Source: an uncultured Actinomycetes bacterium
Lineage (GTDB): Bacteria > Actinomycetota > Acidimicrobiia > Spongiisociales > DATADW01
Length of the DNA: 42,581 nucleotides
Direction: 5' to 3'
NCBI GenBank assembly: GCA_963824995.1
Contig: CAWGRK010000014.1
Coordinates: 62,001-104,581, forward strand
Part shown: in pieces, positions 1 through 13,567 of the stretch
Numbering within the stretch: the stretch's first letter is position 1
How the letters are laid out: each line of letters starts with the position of its first letter
The notes under the pieces: generated by a model
What the model was told of the DNA's origin: nothing
Database searches by the model: none
The model's input: the letters and a program-made list of their open reading frames with translations, nothing else
Translations under genes and position numbers: made by a program

Positions 1-40
1 CGGGGTGCTCGCCCGGAGGCTGCTGGAGCGTGTGCTGTGA
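1..40 (+). CDS. 3' end of a probable FAD-binding subunit of a xanthine dehydrogenase-family enzyme (partial)
   Basis: Frame 2 reads GVLARRLLERVL* and its TGA overlaps the GTG of the 2Fe-2S gene (GTGA). Assignment rests mainly on operon context. Confidence 0.5.
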   Translation, partial: GVLARRLLERVL

Positions 41-510
41 TCGTCAATGTCGTCGTCAACGGTGAGAACCGTTCTGCCACCGTCCAGGGAAGCGAGAGCC
101 TGCTCACCATGCTGCGCGACGAGTTGCGGCTTGCCGGTTCGAAGAACGCTTGCGAGGAGGGCGAGTGTGGTTCCTGCTCGGTGATCCTCGATGGCCGGTT
201 GGTGTGCTCTTGTCTGGTGATGGCAGCGGACACCGATGGCTCGACCGTGTCGACCGTCGAGGGGGTCGCTGGAGGCAGCGGCTCGTTCCATCCGGTGCAA
301 CAGGCACTGCTCGAAGCGGGGGCGACCCAATGCGGCTTCTGCACGCCGGGGTTCGTGATGGCGATTGTCGACCTGCTCGACCGTGTGCCCCATCCCGACA
401 CCGCCGACATCGGGGAGGCGCTGGCGGGAAACATCTGCCGATGCACCGGCTACGGGTCGATCGTACGGGCGGTGCGCCGGCTCTCCGATGCTGAGGGCGG
501 GGAGAGGTGA
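37..510 (+). CDS. (2Fe-2S)-binding subunit, xanthine dehydrogenase/CoxS family
   Basis: CEEGECGSC...C, QCGFCTPG and GNICRCTGY motifs. Confidence 0.95.
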   Translation: MIVNVVVNGENRSATVQGSESLLTMLRDELRLAGSKNACEEGECGSCSVILDGRLVCSCLVMAADTDGSTVSTVEGVAGGSGSFHPVQQALLEAGATQCGFCTPGFVMAIVDLLDRVPHPDTADIGEALAGNICRCTGYGSIVRAVRRLSDAEGGER

Positions 511-511
511 G

Positions 512-2753
512 GTGACCGCACCGACCCGGACTGTCCAGCGACCACCGGTGGATGTCGCTGCCGGCGTGGGGACCTCCGCCAACCGGCCCGACGCCATCCC
601 CAAGCTCACCGGGAGCTTCGCCTACCCCTCCGATCTATGGGCAGAGGGGATGCTGTGGGGCGCCACGGTGAGGAGCCCGTTCGCCCGCGCCCGTATCGGA
701 GCGATCGACGTGGCTCCTGCCCTGGCGGTCCCCGGGGTGGTGGCGGCGCTCACCCAGGACGATGTCCCGGGGAGGAAGACCTTCGGCCTGGAGCACACCG
801 ACCAACCGGTGCTCGCCGACGGAGAGGCGCGCTTCTTCGGGGAGCCTGTCGCCCTGGTGGTGGGTCGTGACGAAGAGACGGCAAGACAGGGAGCCGACGC
901 GGTGGTGGTCGAGTTCGAAGAACTGGAGCCGCTGGTCGACCCGGAAGAGGCCGACCGTCGCGACGAGGTGTTCCGCCGGCTGCGGATCAGACGGGGAGAC
1001 CCCGACCTCCGTGGCGACGTCGTCGTCGAGGGTTACTACGAGGTGGGCATCCAGGACCAGGCGCCGTTGGGACCGGAAGCGGGTCTTGCCGTGCCCGACG
1101 GGGACGGTGGGGTCGATCTCTACGCCACCAGCCAGTGGGTCCACGTCGACCACACCCAGATCGTCGCCTCGCTCGGGCTGCGGCCCGACCAGGTGAGGGT
1201 CCACCCCGCCGGGATGGGTGGCGCCTTCGGAGCCCGCGAGGACCTCAACCTCCATATCCATCTCTGTCTGCTCGCACTACGCACCGGGAAGCCGGTGAAG
1301 ATGGCGTACCGCCGTGCCGAGTCGTTCGCCGGCCACGTCCACCGTCATCCGGCGCGGATGTGGTACCGGCACGAGGCGGACACGGTCGGGGAGGCTGGTG
1401 CGGGTCGAGGCCCGGATCCTGCTCGATGGTGGCGCGTACGCATCGTCCACCACTGCGGTGGTGGCCAACGCCTCCTATTTCGCCGTGGGCCCGTATAGGT
1501 GCGACACGGTCATGGTCGAAGGGGTCGGTGTACGCACCAACAACCCGCCGTGCGGTGCGATGCGCGGGTTCGGTGCGGTGCAGTCGTGCTTCGCCTACGA
1601 GTCGCAGATGGACCGCCTCGCCGCCGCCCTGGAGATGGACCCCCTCGAGTTGCGCCGCCGCAACGCACTGGCCACCGGCGATGTGCTCGCCACCACCGGT
1701 CAGGAGATCGAAGGTCCGCTTCCCACCCTCGAAGTCATCGACTCGGTGGCTTCGCTGCCGCTCCCCGAACCGATGACCGGAGACGATCCCCGATCTGCTC
1801 CCGGGCGGGGTCGGTTTGACCACGCCCCCGTCAGCCGTGAGGCGCGGTGTCGGCTACGCCGTCGGCATGAAGAACCTCGCCTTCTCGGAGGGGTTCGACG
1901 ACTACGCCGAGGCGCGGGTGACGCTCACGCCCCAAGGAGCCACGGTGGAGACCGCCGCCGTCGAGGTCGGGCAAGGACTCATGGCGGTCCTCGCCCAGAT
2001 CGCCCGCACCGCCCTCGGTCTCAGCGAGGTGACGGTTCGAGGCGGTGGATACCTCCCGGCTCGGGTCGGCCGGGTCGACCTCGGCGTCGCGCCAGACCCA
2101 GATGTCCGGTGGTGCCGTGCTCGAGGCGGCCAACCGTCTCCGGCAGCGGCTGCTCGACGACTGGGAGGCCGACCAACTCGACGACGCCGGGCTGTGGCGC
2201 GGCGAGCAGCTCATCGCCGGATCTCGACGAGGTGTGCGCCAGCGGTGATTGGGTCGAGGAGGTGCGCTTCCGTCATCCACCAACGTCGCTTCCCGATGAC
2301 GACGGCCAGGGGCGGGTCCACGCCGACTTCGTGGTGGCCGCCCACCGCGCCGTGGTCGATGTCGACCCCGAACTCGGACTGGTGAGGGTGGTCAGCATCG
2401 ACACCGCTCAGGACGTCGGCCGGGCGCTCAACCCCGGACTGGTGCGGGGGCAGATCGAGGGGGGGATCATGCAGGGGCTCGGTTTGGCGCTGATGGAGGA
2501 ACTGGTGGTGGACGGTGGTGTGATCCGGAACGCCAACTTCACCGACTACCTGCTCCCCACCATCGCCGACGCACCACCGGTGGAGATGGTGCTCGTCGAG
2601 CAGCCCGGCTCATGGGGACCATTCGGGGCGAAGGGTGTGGGGGAGCCGCCGACGATCTCGTCGACCGCGGCGATCGTGGCGGCGATACGCGATGCTGTGG
2701 GACGACCGCTGACCCGGGTCCCGGTGCGCCCGTCCGACATCGTCGGGCTCTAA
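512..2753 (+). CDS. pucD: Xanthine dehydrogenase-family molybdopterin-binding subunit (several frameshifts)
   Basis: Joined across frames: RPDAIPKLTG, GGAFGARED, GAMRGFG, TSASRQT, GQIEGGIMQGLG, GAKGVGEPP. Confidence 0.85.
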
Positions 2754-2759
2754 AGCCAG

Positions 2760-2808
2760 GTTTTGGCGTCACCAAACGCGGTCATGGCCCGTCGAGTGAC
2801 GCCAAAAC
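2760..2808. repeat. REP-like palindrome, family A, copy 1
   Basis: Perfect 13-bp arms GTTTTGGCGTCAC/GTGACGCCAAAAC with a 23-nt spacer, between convergent genes. Second copy at 26738. Confidence 0.8.
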
Positions 2809-2814
2809 GGGTTT

Positions 2815-3106
2815 CTACATCTGGCCGACTTCGTCGGGGATCTCGTAAGCCGTGGCGTGGCGGTATGGCTTGTCGATCACATCGAAGAAGGCCACCGAGT
2901 CGTCTGGATCGGATGCGGTGATCTCCGAGGAGGGAACCACCCAGATGCTGGCGGCCTCGCCGCGCCGCGAGTAGACGTCGCGCCCGGCTTGGAGGGCGGT
3001 CTCGGCGTCGGGGGCGTGGAGGCTGCCGGCGTGGACGTAGGACAGACCCGCGCCGGGGACGGACGAACACCTCCCACATGCGGTAGCCGCCGCCGGGTTC
3101 GGTCAT
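2815..3106 (-). CDS. paaB: 1,2-phenylacetyl-CoA epoxidase subunit B (frameshifted)
   Basis: WEVFVRPRRG, then in the shifted frame HAGSLHAPDAETAL..RDVYSRRGE..SIWVV..KPYRH. ATGA overlap with paaA. Confidence 0.92.
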
Positions 3107-4034
3107 GCCGTGGCTGCGGTCTCCCGGCGAGCCGCATAGGCGGCCGCCGCCTGACGCACCCAGGCGCCCTCATCCCAGGCCGCGCCGCTTGTGGTCGATC
3201 CGCTCCCGATTCATCGGACCGTCGCCCTTCACCACCGACCAGAACTCGTCCCAGTCGATCTCGCCAAAGTCATAGTGGCCCCGCTCCTCGTTCCAGCGCA
3301 GCTCGGGGTCGGGGATGGTCAGCCCGAGGTACTCGGCCTGGGGGACGGTCATGTCCACGAACTGCTGGCGGAGGTCGTCGTTGGATACCCGCTTGATCTT
3401 CCATGCGGTGGACTGCTCGGAGTGGGGTGAGGCCGAGTCGTGTGGGCCGAACATCATCAGCGATGGCCACCACCAACGGTCGAGGGAGTCCTGCGCCATC
3501 GCCTTCTGCTCCTCGGTGCCGTCGGCACAGCGCGATGAGGATCTCGTATCCCTGCCGCTGGTGGAACGATTCCTCGCGGCAGATCCGCACCATGGCCCTG
3601 GCGTAGGGGCCGTAGGAGCACCTGGTCAGCATCACCTGGTTGGTGATGGCGGCACCGTCCACCAGCCAGCCGATCGTGCCCATGTCCGCCCACGACAGGG
3701 TGGGGTAGTTGAAGATCGACGAGTACTTGTGACGCCCCCGGTGGAGCAGGTCGACCATCTCGTCGCGGCTGATCCCCAGCGTTTCGGCGGCCGAGTAGAG
3801 GTAGAGCCCGTGCCCGGCCTCGTCCTGCACCTTGGCCATGAGGATCGCCTTGCGCTTCAGCGAGGGCGCCCGGGTGATCCAGTTCCCCTCGGGCTGCATC
3901 CCGATGATCTCGGAGTGCGCGTGCTGGGCGATCTGACGGATCAGCGTCTTGCGGTACCCGTCGGGCATCCAATCGGCGGGTTCCACCTTCTCCTCGGCAT
4001 CGAGCAGTGCCTGGAACCGGTCCTCGGGTGACAT
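3103..4034 (-). CDS. paaA: 1,2-phenylacetyl-CoA epoxidase subunit A (frameshifted)
   Basis: [70 protein letters not shown]. Confidence 0.95.
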
Positions 4035-4041
4035 CGCAGCC

Positions 4042-4070
4042 AAAGTAGCGAACGATCGTTCGTTAGTCAA
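4042..4070 (-). promoter_or_regulatory. Housekeeping-sigma promoter of paaA with a PaaR-type operator in the spacer
   Basis: Minus strand TTGACT-17 nt-TACTTT-7 nt-ATG. The spacer holds the perfect palindrome CGAACGATCGTTCG (4049-4062). Confidence 0.85.
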
Positions 4071-4093
4071 CCGTTCACAGCTAACGGCGCCCG

Positions 4094-5034
4094 TCAGGAA
4101 GCACGTTGCTGCTCGAGCCTGTCGAGCGGCAACGGCTGTCTGAAGAGTCCCTGCGGGATCGGCGATCCGGTGCGGACCAGAGCGAGGTGCCACGAGGGCG
4201 AGGCGCCCAAGGCCCAGCGGAGGAACCCCACCGCCGCCCGGCCCGCTCTCCGGGCACCCGGGCGGGGAGAGAGACCGAGCACCGACCGGAGCCGGGCGGG
4301 GATCGTGGAGACCGCGGCATGGAAGAGGACCTGGTAGCCGGCGCGGCACTCCTGGGGTCAGCGGTGGCGACTCGAGGAAGGAGAGAGCCTCGATCATCCC
4401 CGGTGACGGGGCGGCACTGCGGGTGTGTCGCCATCCACAGTCGCAACTCGCGGGCCGTGGTGGGGAGCGGGTCGGCGCCGAGCAGCCGCCCAACCTTCGT
4501 CTGCTCTTCGACGAACCGATCGGCGTCTCGTTCCGCCAGCGGAGTGGGTGCGTAGGTCTGGTAGGTGGCGAGGAAGGAATCGGTGAGTGCGTTGTGCACC
4601 CAGGCGGCGAACTCCGCGGTGTCGGCGGTGTAGGCCTTGCCGCGGTGCGAGTGCCGACCACGGTCCGGTGGGCCCGCCGCACCAGATCCACGGCATGCTC
4701 GACCTCGGGGATGGCGCCGTAGGTGGTGGCGGTGACGTACGCCGAGGTACGAGACAACCGGCCGAGCGGGTCCTCCCGATAGCGGGAGTGGTCGGCGACC
4801 CCGGCCACCACCTCGGGATGCGCCGCCTGCACCAACAGCGCCCTGATGCCTCCGGCGAAGGTGCTCGCATCGCCGATCACCGTCCAGCTCACCGAGCCGG
4901 GTCCGAACAGTCCCGGGTCGCCCGCGGTAGGCGAGGGTGCGTGCCAGTGGGTACGGGGCGTGCTGGAACGGCCCGGTCGCCGACGCCACCACCCGTTGTC
5001 GCAAGGACTCCGAGAGACCGCGGAGGTCAACCAC
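4094..5034 (-). CDS. Oxygenase MpaB/DUF2236 family protein (frameshifted)
   Basis: [43 protein letters not shown] motifs. Confidence 0.85.
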
Positions 5035-5112
5035 CGATGGAGTGTCCCATACGGCCGTGACTACGGGCGGTTGCGCTCGTTCTTGGGTCAGAACCTCACA
5101 CGGGACTTCGAC

Positions 5113-5316
5113 TCAGAACTGGCCGAGGCGGGCGGACCACTGCGACCAGGGGACGGCCACGAAACGATCCCTGTCTATGTAGTCGGTGTCCGTCTCCGCC
5201 TCCAGGCACCAGCCGAGTGCGGGGGTGTTCTTCACCTCTTCCCGCTCCACCAGTGCCAGTTCGCGCTGTTCGCCAGATTCGCCGACCTCTGATATCCGTC
5301 GTACCCGGATGCTCAT
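5113..5316 (-). CDS. Small hypothetical protein (67 aa)
   Basis: AAGGAG ribosome-binding site and ATGA overlap with the ppa stop codon. No family recognised. Confidence 0.55.
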   Translation of the reverse strand: MSIRVRRISEVGESGEQRELALVEREEVKNTPALGWCLEAETDTDYIDRDRFVAVPWSQWSARLGQF

Positions 5317-5961
5317 CGGTCTCCTTTCTCATCGGGTCCGAACCGCTCTCGGTAGTCCTCCATCGACGCTTCGACTACCGCGAAGGCGTGTACCGCGTCG
5401 TAACGCTCGCGGATCGCGGTGGTCGGCGGCTTGCCCGGGATCAGCTTGTAGGTCTCGAAGTAGTGGATCAGCCGGTCCATGAGGGTGACCGGCAACTCGT
5501 CCATCTCCCGCACCGAGCTCCATATCGGGTCGTCCTTGAGCACGGCGACGATCTTGTCGTCGGCCTCGCCGTGGTCGATCATCCGCAAACCCCCCAACGA
5601 CTCGGGCGGTGAGCAGGATGTCGGCGCGCTCGATGGGACGCTCGGAGAGGACACAGATGTCCATCGGGTCACCGTCTCCGCCGGTCGCCTCCGGGTAGAG
5701 GTTGGCCACCCGGTCACCGCAATAGGTCCGCGGGATGAACCCGTAGAGCACCGGGGGCGAGCTCGAGGTGAGTTGCGGACGGTCCACCCGCAGATACCCG
5801 GTCGTCTTGTCCACCTCGTACTTGACCAGGTCGAACGGCGTGATCTCGATGTAGGCGGTGACGGTCCGCGGCGGATCGGGCCCAACCTCGAGCCCATGCC
5901 ATGGATGTGGTCGCCAGGCGCGGAAGTCGGAGATCACGAAGGCAAATCTAGTTGTCGCCAT
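5313..5961 (-). CDS. ppa: Inorganic pyrophosphatase, family I (frameshifted)
   Basis: [47 protein letters not shown]. Confidence 0.92.
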
Positions 5962-5997
5962 CGGACGCAGGCTCGCGCCTCGTGGAGGAGGTGCCCG

Positions 5998-6272
5998 ATG
6001 GATCAGATGGATCGCCGCGCAGCCGTCATGCAAACCCCCGCCCGACCCTGTTTCGAGGCGGCCTTACTCATCTTCGTGGTGACCATCGTCATCGGGATCT
6101 TCAACGGGCTCAATGTGTGGGAGCCGAGCCACAACATGCTGCTCACCCACGTCCACGCCGGCACGCTGGGATGGATCACCCTGGCGGTAGCCGGGTCGGC
6201 GATGTTGATGTTCGGCGAAGGGGTGGACCAGGACTGCTGACCGGGATGCGATCGCAGCCGGCCACGGCATGA
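5998..6272 (+). pseudogene. Probable N-terminal fragment of a membrane protein
   Basis: Two hydrophobic helices with LTHVHAGTLGWITL, then an abrupt end against the acnA 3' end. Confidence 0.45.
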
Positions 6273-6293
6273 TGGGCTAGCGCGAGTCGACTT

Positions 6294-9002
<2,709 letters not shown>

Positions 9003-9074
9003 ACCCGAAGTGTATCGGGGGACCGGTCTGGTCTCGGAGGTGCGATAGCGGAAGGTCTGCGAGGTTTCGGGTGG

Positions 9075-9590
9075 TCAGCGTCCCTGCTGACGGCGGATTT
9101 CCTCGAGCGTGCGCCGCAGGAGCGGGAGAGTGGCCTGGTCCTTCTCTCTTCCCGATGCCTGCTTCATTCGGATGATGTCGTGTAGCGACGCAACCTGTAC
9201 GACCAGGCGCGGGGAATCCGAAATGGTTTCAAGGGTGGCATCTGTGGCTACGTCTGGGTAACCGTTTGTACCAGCTGGCTCGAATACGAGATCGAGATCA
9301 CCCAACAGAGTCGTGAGTGTCCAGGAGCGCGCTGTCGCGAGCATCTCAGCGTCGATCGAGAACGGAACGCCCTCCGGGTCATTGGGCACTCGAAGGCGAG
9401 CGCCGAGTTGCGTGAGGGCGGCTGCGATTCGGTCCAGGTTGTCGGTGTTCGAATCGGGCGTGACGTCGACGTCTTCGGTGAGGAGCGGAGCGCCGTGCAA
9501 TCTTGCGCCGTAGCCGCCAATCACGACGAAGCGTACCCCCTGATCCGTAAGGATTCGGAGTAGGCCGACCGGATCGAACTCAGCTTCCAC
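9075..9590 (-). CDS. Nucleotidyltransferase-fold protein (AbiEii/DUF1814-like)
   Basis: FVVIGGYGARLHG..TEDVDV motif and C-terminal LHDIIRMKQASGREKD. Confidence 0.7.
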   Translation of the reverse strand: MEAEFDPVGLLRILTDQGVRFVVIGGYGARLHGAPLLTEDVDVTPDSNTDNLDRIAAALTQLGARLRVPNDPEGVPFSIDAEMLATARSWTLTTLLGDLDLVFEPAGTNGYPDVATDATLETISDSPRLVVQVASLHDIIRMKQASGREKDQATLPLLRRTLEEIRRQQGR

Positions 9591-9902
9591 GGGATGCCGA
9601 GACCAACGACTGCGAACTCGACGGACCGCCTCCGTCAAGCTCTTGGACCGCTCCGCCGGGCTGCGACTCAATTCCCGCCTGATCAGTGCCAGGTCATGTC
9701 CGTCATCGGATTCGTAGATGCCGAATCCGAGATCGAGGTCGCATGCTCGGATCAGTTCCATCACGGTCTCGAGCGGTGGCTTGACTTCCCCGCGCTCCCA
9801 CCGACCGATCACCGACGGGGCCTTGCCGGCTCTCTCGGCCAGTTGGCGTTGGGTGAGCCCCGCTCGGCGGCGCGCCTCGCGGATCAGGTCCCCGGAGATC
9901 AT
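9580..9902 (-). CDS. XRE-family helix-turn-helix protein (reads in frame into the nucleotidyltransferase)
   Basis: LIREARRRAGLTQRQLAERAG..IGRWERG..P. TACCCT -10 box 6 nt before the ATG. Confidence 0.85.
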
Positions 9903-9965
9903 CAGCAAAGGGTAGCGCATATCTGCGGTCAGACGTCGATCTGAGAATTGTGCGAGTCTCCGGTG

Positions 9966-10811
9966 ATGCGTCTGGCGGTCAACATCCCCAACTTCGGACC
10001 CTTCGAGGACCCACACACAGTGGTGGACCTGGCGCGGAGGGCCGAAGCAGCAGGGTGGGATGGTCTTTTCGTTTGGGACCACCTCGTGTTCGAGGACGGC
10101 AACGAGGTGGCCGATCCATGGGTTCTGCTCACCGCCGCCGCCATGGCCACCGAGCGTCTGCTGCTGGCACCGATGGTCACCCCACTGCCGCGACGCCGGC
10201 CCTGGGTGGTGGCACGCCAGGCGGTGTCGCTCGACCGTTTGAGCAACGGGCGGCTCATCCTCGGCGTTGGGATCGGTGAGCCAGCCGATCTCGACTTCGA
10301 GATCTGGGGTGAGGACGCCGATCGCAAGGTCCGTGCTGCCCAATTGGACGAGGGCCTCGAGGTATTGACCGGGCTGTGGTCGGGCGAACCGTTCCGATTC
10401 AGTGGCGAGCATTACGAGGTGGGTCCGGTGACTTTTCTCCCACGTCCGGTACAGCAGCCGCGCATCCCGATCTGGGTGGCTGGGGTTTGGCCCTACAAGC
10501 GCCCCTTCCGAAGGGCCGCCCGGTTCGACGGGGTCGCTCCTTTGGTGGTCGAGGATGGCGTCTTCCCCGCGCCGCTGACGCCCGACAAGGTCCGCCTCAT
10601 CTTGGAGTACGTCAGGGCACACCAGGCCTCCGAGGAACCTTTCGAGCTGCTGGCGAGCGGTCCGCTGCCCGATGATCCCGCCGGTGCCGCCGACCGATTG
10701 GTCGAGTTGGAGGAAGCCGGCGCCACCTGGTGGCAGCGCGGCTGGGATCCGTGGAGCGGCGAAGATCTCGATGAGTTTCTGCTGGTGGTTGACGCCGGTC
10801 CGCCCGGGTGA
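9966..10811 (+). CDS. LLM-class flavin/F420-dependent oxidoreductase
   Basis: AEAAGWDGLFVWDH, SLDRLSNGRLILGVGIG, PRPVQQPRIPIWVAG. Confidence 0.92.
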   Translation: MRLAVNIPNFGPFEDPHTVVDLARRAEAAGWDGLFVWDHLVFEDGNEVADPWVLLTAAAMATERLLLAPMVTPLPRRRPWVVARQAVSLDRLSNGRLILGVGIGEPADLDFEIWGEDADRKVRAAQLDEGLEVLTGLWSGEPFRFSGEHYEVGPVTFLPRPVQQPRIPIWVAGVWPYKRPFRRAARFDGVAPLVVEDGVFPAPLTPDKVRLILEYVRAHQASEEPFELLASGPLPDDPAGAADRLVELEEAGATWWQRGWDPWSGEDLDEFLLVVDAGPPG

Positions 10812-11886
10812 CGAGCGAAGGTCAGTCCATGCGGGTGGATGCTCTCGGTACTGTGGGTCGGTCAGCCGCCGGCCGGCTCCTGTTGCTCTACACGGGCGGG
10901 ACCATCGGGATGACCGAGGATGCCGAAGGCAGGTTGGTCCCGCTCGATCTCGGCCAACTGGTCAGCCACCTCCCCATCATCGGTCAACTCCCGGTCTCAG
11001 TGACGCTGACCGCCTTCGCCGATCCCATCGACTCGGCGGCGATCCAGCCTCAACATTGGCTCGACATCGCCGACGCAATCGTGGAACACGCACCCGGACA
11101 CGCCGGCGTCGTGGTGCTCCACGGGACCGACACCATGGCCTACACCGCGGCAGCATTGAGCTTCCTCCTCGAGGGTCTCGACATACCCGATAGTGCTGAC
11201 CGGGGCGCAGCGCCCGATCACCGCCATCCGCTCCGATGGGCGGGAGAACCTGGTGACCGCCGCCGCCATCGCCCTCGCCATCTTCGACGGCTCCGCCGCG
11301 GTCCCCGAGGTGACGATCTTCTTCGACGATGTCCTGTTGCGTGGCAACCGTGCGTCGAAGGTCCATGCCGACAGCTATCGCGGCTTCGCCTCACCCGACG
11401 TCGGTCCACTGGCGATGGCCGGGGTGACGATCGAATACGACCGGACAGCGATTCGACCTGCCGGCATTCCTCCGCTGCGACGCTCGGGAGGATTGTGCAC
11501 CGATGTTGCCGCAATCCGACTCCACCCCGCTCTCGACGAGGCGGTCTTGACCGCGACACTGGCACGGCCGGGGCTGCGCGGTCTGGTGATCGAGGCGTAT
11601 GGGGCGGGCAACGGCCCAGGCGCCCGGTGGTTCCTCGACGCTTTGACCGAGGCCTCGGAGCGTGGAGTTGTCGTCGTGGTGACCACTCAGTGTGGCGCAG
11701 GGACGGTCGGCGGCGACGCCTACGCCACCGGCGCCGCTCTCCTCGAGACCGGGGCGGTCCCCGCTCTACGACATGACCTTCGAGGCGTCGATCACCAAGC
11801 TCATGGTGCTGCTCGATCGCTACTCGACAACGGAGGCGCGGGCGCTCATGCAAGAAGATCTCGCCGGTGAACTGACCCCGGTCTGA
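10808..11886 (+). CDS. ansA: Type I L-asparaginase (frameshifted)
   Basis: YTGGTIGM, HGTDTMAYTA, TGAQRP, RGNRASK, YGAGN, DMTFEASITKL. Confidence 0.88.
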
Positions 11887-11898
11887 TCAGGGGCGGCC

Positions 11899-12022
11899 AA
11901 TTGGTTCTTGCGTGGCTGAGCAACCTATTCGGTACCTCAGTCACGCAGGAAACGGTGGTCTGCTGGAAGAATTGGTTCTTGCGTGGCTGAACAACCCAAT
12001 CGGTACCTCAGTCACGCAAGGA
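11899..12022. repeat. Tandem pair of ~52-bp REP-like palindromic units (family B)
   Basis: AATTGGTTCTTGCGTGGCTGA..CGGTACCTCAGTCACGCA occurs at 11899 and 11970 (period 71). Each unit is an imperfect hairpin. Lies between convergent genes. Confidence 0.85.
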
Positions 12023-12038
12023 GAGCGGCGGGTCGGCG

Positions 12039-13521
12039 TCACTGGCCGGCAAGCCGGCGCAAAGTTCCCCGGTCCACTTTCCCGAGATGGGTCTGGGGGA
12101 GCGCGTCCAACACGATCACCCGTCGCGGGTGCTTGTAGGGCTCGAGGCGGTCGAGGACGTGGCGTTGCAACTCCTCCTCCAGCCCGGGCGCCACCTCCGC
12201 CACCACGAAGGCGACCGGCTCGAGCAGCCCGACCTGGTTCTCGACTGCGATCACGGCGCACTCCCGAACGGCAGGGTGGGTGAGCAGCGCCCCCTCGACC
12301 TCCTGAGGTCGAAGCCACTTCCCCTTGACCTTGACCGCATCGTCGGCCCGTGCCCCGATGGGTGATGAAACCGTCCCGGTCGCGCGATGCGAGATCGCCA
12401 CCGACGAACCACTCACCGCGGAACGCCTCGGCGGTGCGGTCGATGTCCTGCCAGTACCCCCAAGCACGCGAATCCCCTCGCACCCAGAGACGGCCGACGT
12501 CGCCGTCGGGAACTTCGGTGCCGTCCTCGTCGCAGATCCGAACCTCGAAGCCGGGCACCACCCGACCCACGGTTCCGCGACGCACCTCGCCCGGACGGTT
12601 GGTGACGAAGATGTGCCACATCTCGGCGGTCCCCAGGCCGTCGAGCAGTTCGACACCGAAGGTTTCATCCCACCGACGGTGAAGCTCGACGGGTAGAGCC
12701 TCGCCCGCCGAGGTGGCGAGGCGGAGCGACGAGAAGTCCTGGGAAGTGGCGTCGGGGTGGGCCACCATCGCCGCCACCATCGACGGCACGTTGACCAAGA
12801 TGCTCGGCCGGTGCCGCATGACCTTGTCGAACAGACACCTCGGGGGTGGGCCGCTCCGGGAAGAGGACGGCGCTCGCTCCCACCGAGAAGGGGAAGAACA
12901 GGTTGGAGCCGGTGGCGTACCCGAAGTAGAGCTTGGGGACAGCCAGCGTGATGTCGTCCGCCTGGTAGGCGAGGGTCTCCTGGGCATAGCGCTCGGTGGT
13001 GTTGAGGAATGAGCGGTGGGTCTGCACCACGATTTTGGGAACGCCGGTCGTCCCTCCCGAGAACAGCCAGATGGCGGGATCGTCGCGATGGGTCGGATAT
13101 GGCTCGAACCCCTCCGGATCGCCAACTGTGAAGTCCGAGGCCATGATCCTGGGAACGCCGGCCGTAACGAATCTCTCCAAGTCATCTGTGATTGCCAGCG
13201 GTGACCGGCTCGCCGTGACCACGGCTGAAAGATGCTCGGGTCGCATCTCGGGACCGATCATCACCGCCACGGCGCCCACCGCCAGCGTTCCGAAGAGGGC
13301 CCCGACGAACTCGGGTCCATCGGGCAGGCCGATGAGCACCCGCTGCTCCGACAGGACACCATGTCCTCGATGAGACGCTTCGCGTAGCCCGTAGCGATGC
13401 CGGCCACTTCGCGGTAGGAGTACGTCCTCTCGTCGAGACGGAGCGCGAGTCGTTCCCCGTTGCCCTGCCGGACCCGCTCGAACAGGAAGGCGTTTGCGAT
13501 GTTGAGTTGTGGCCCCGACAT
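12039..13521 (-). CDS. Benzoate/2-aminobenzoate-CoA ligase family protein (frameshifted)
   Basis: WLFSGGTTGVPK, PKLYFGYATG..FPFSVGA, SAGEALP, DGLGTAEMWHIF, YKHPR, GKVDR. Confidence 0.88.
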
Positions 13522-13567
13522 CGAGCATCGACGCTAACGCGCGGCGGTTACAGCGCCGACAGCCAGA

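Noticed and set aside
512..2753. Programmed frameshifting or selenocysteine recoding in the molybdoenzyme
   Set aside because: Indels are equally common in unrelated genes, and no in-frame TGA at a catalytic position or consistent slippery site was seen.
3270..5030. 586-aa MpaB-PaaA fusion in the ORF track
   Set aside because: Produced by frameshifts. paaA has its own promoter, operator and ATG at 4034.
9903..10622. Long N-terminal extension of the XRE/NTase ORF
   Set aside because: It is the antisense shadow of the LLM gene. The likely start is 9902.
11899..12022. CRISPR array
   Set aside because: Only two units, ~52-bp repeats with a 19-nt spacer, and no cas genes in the window.
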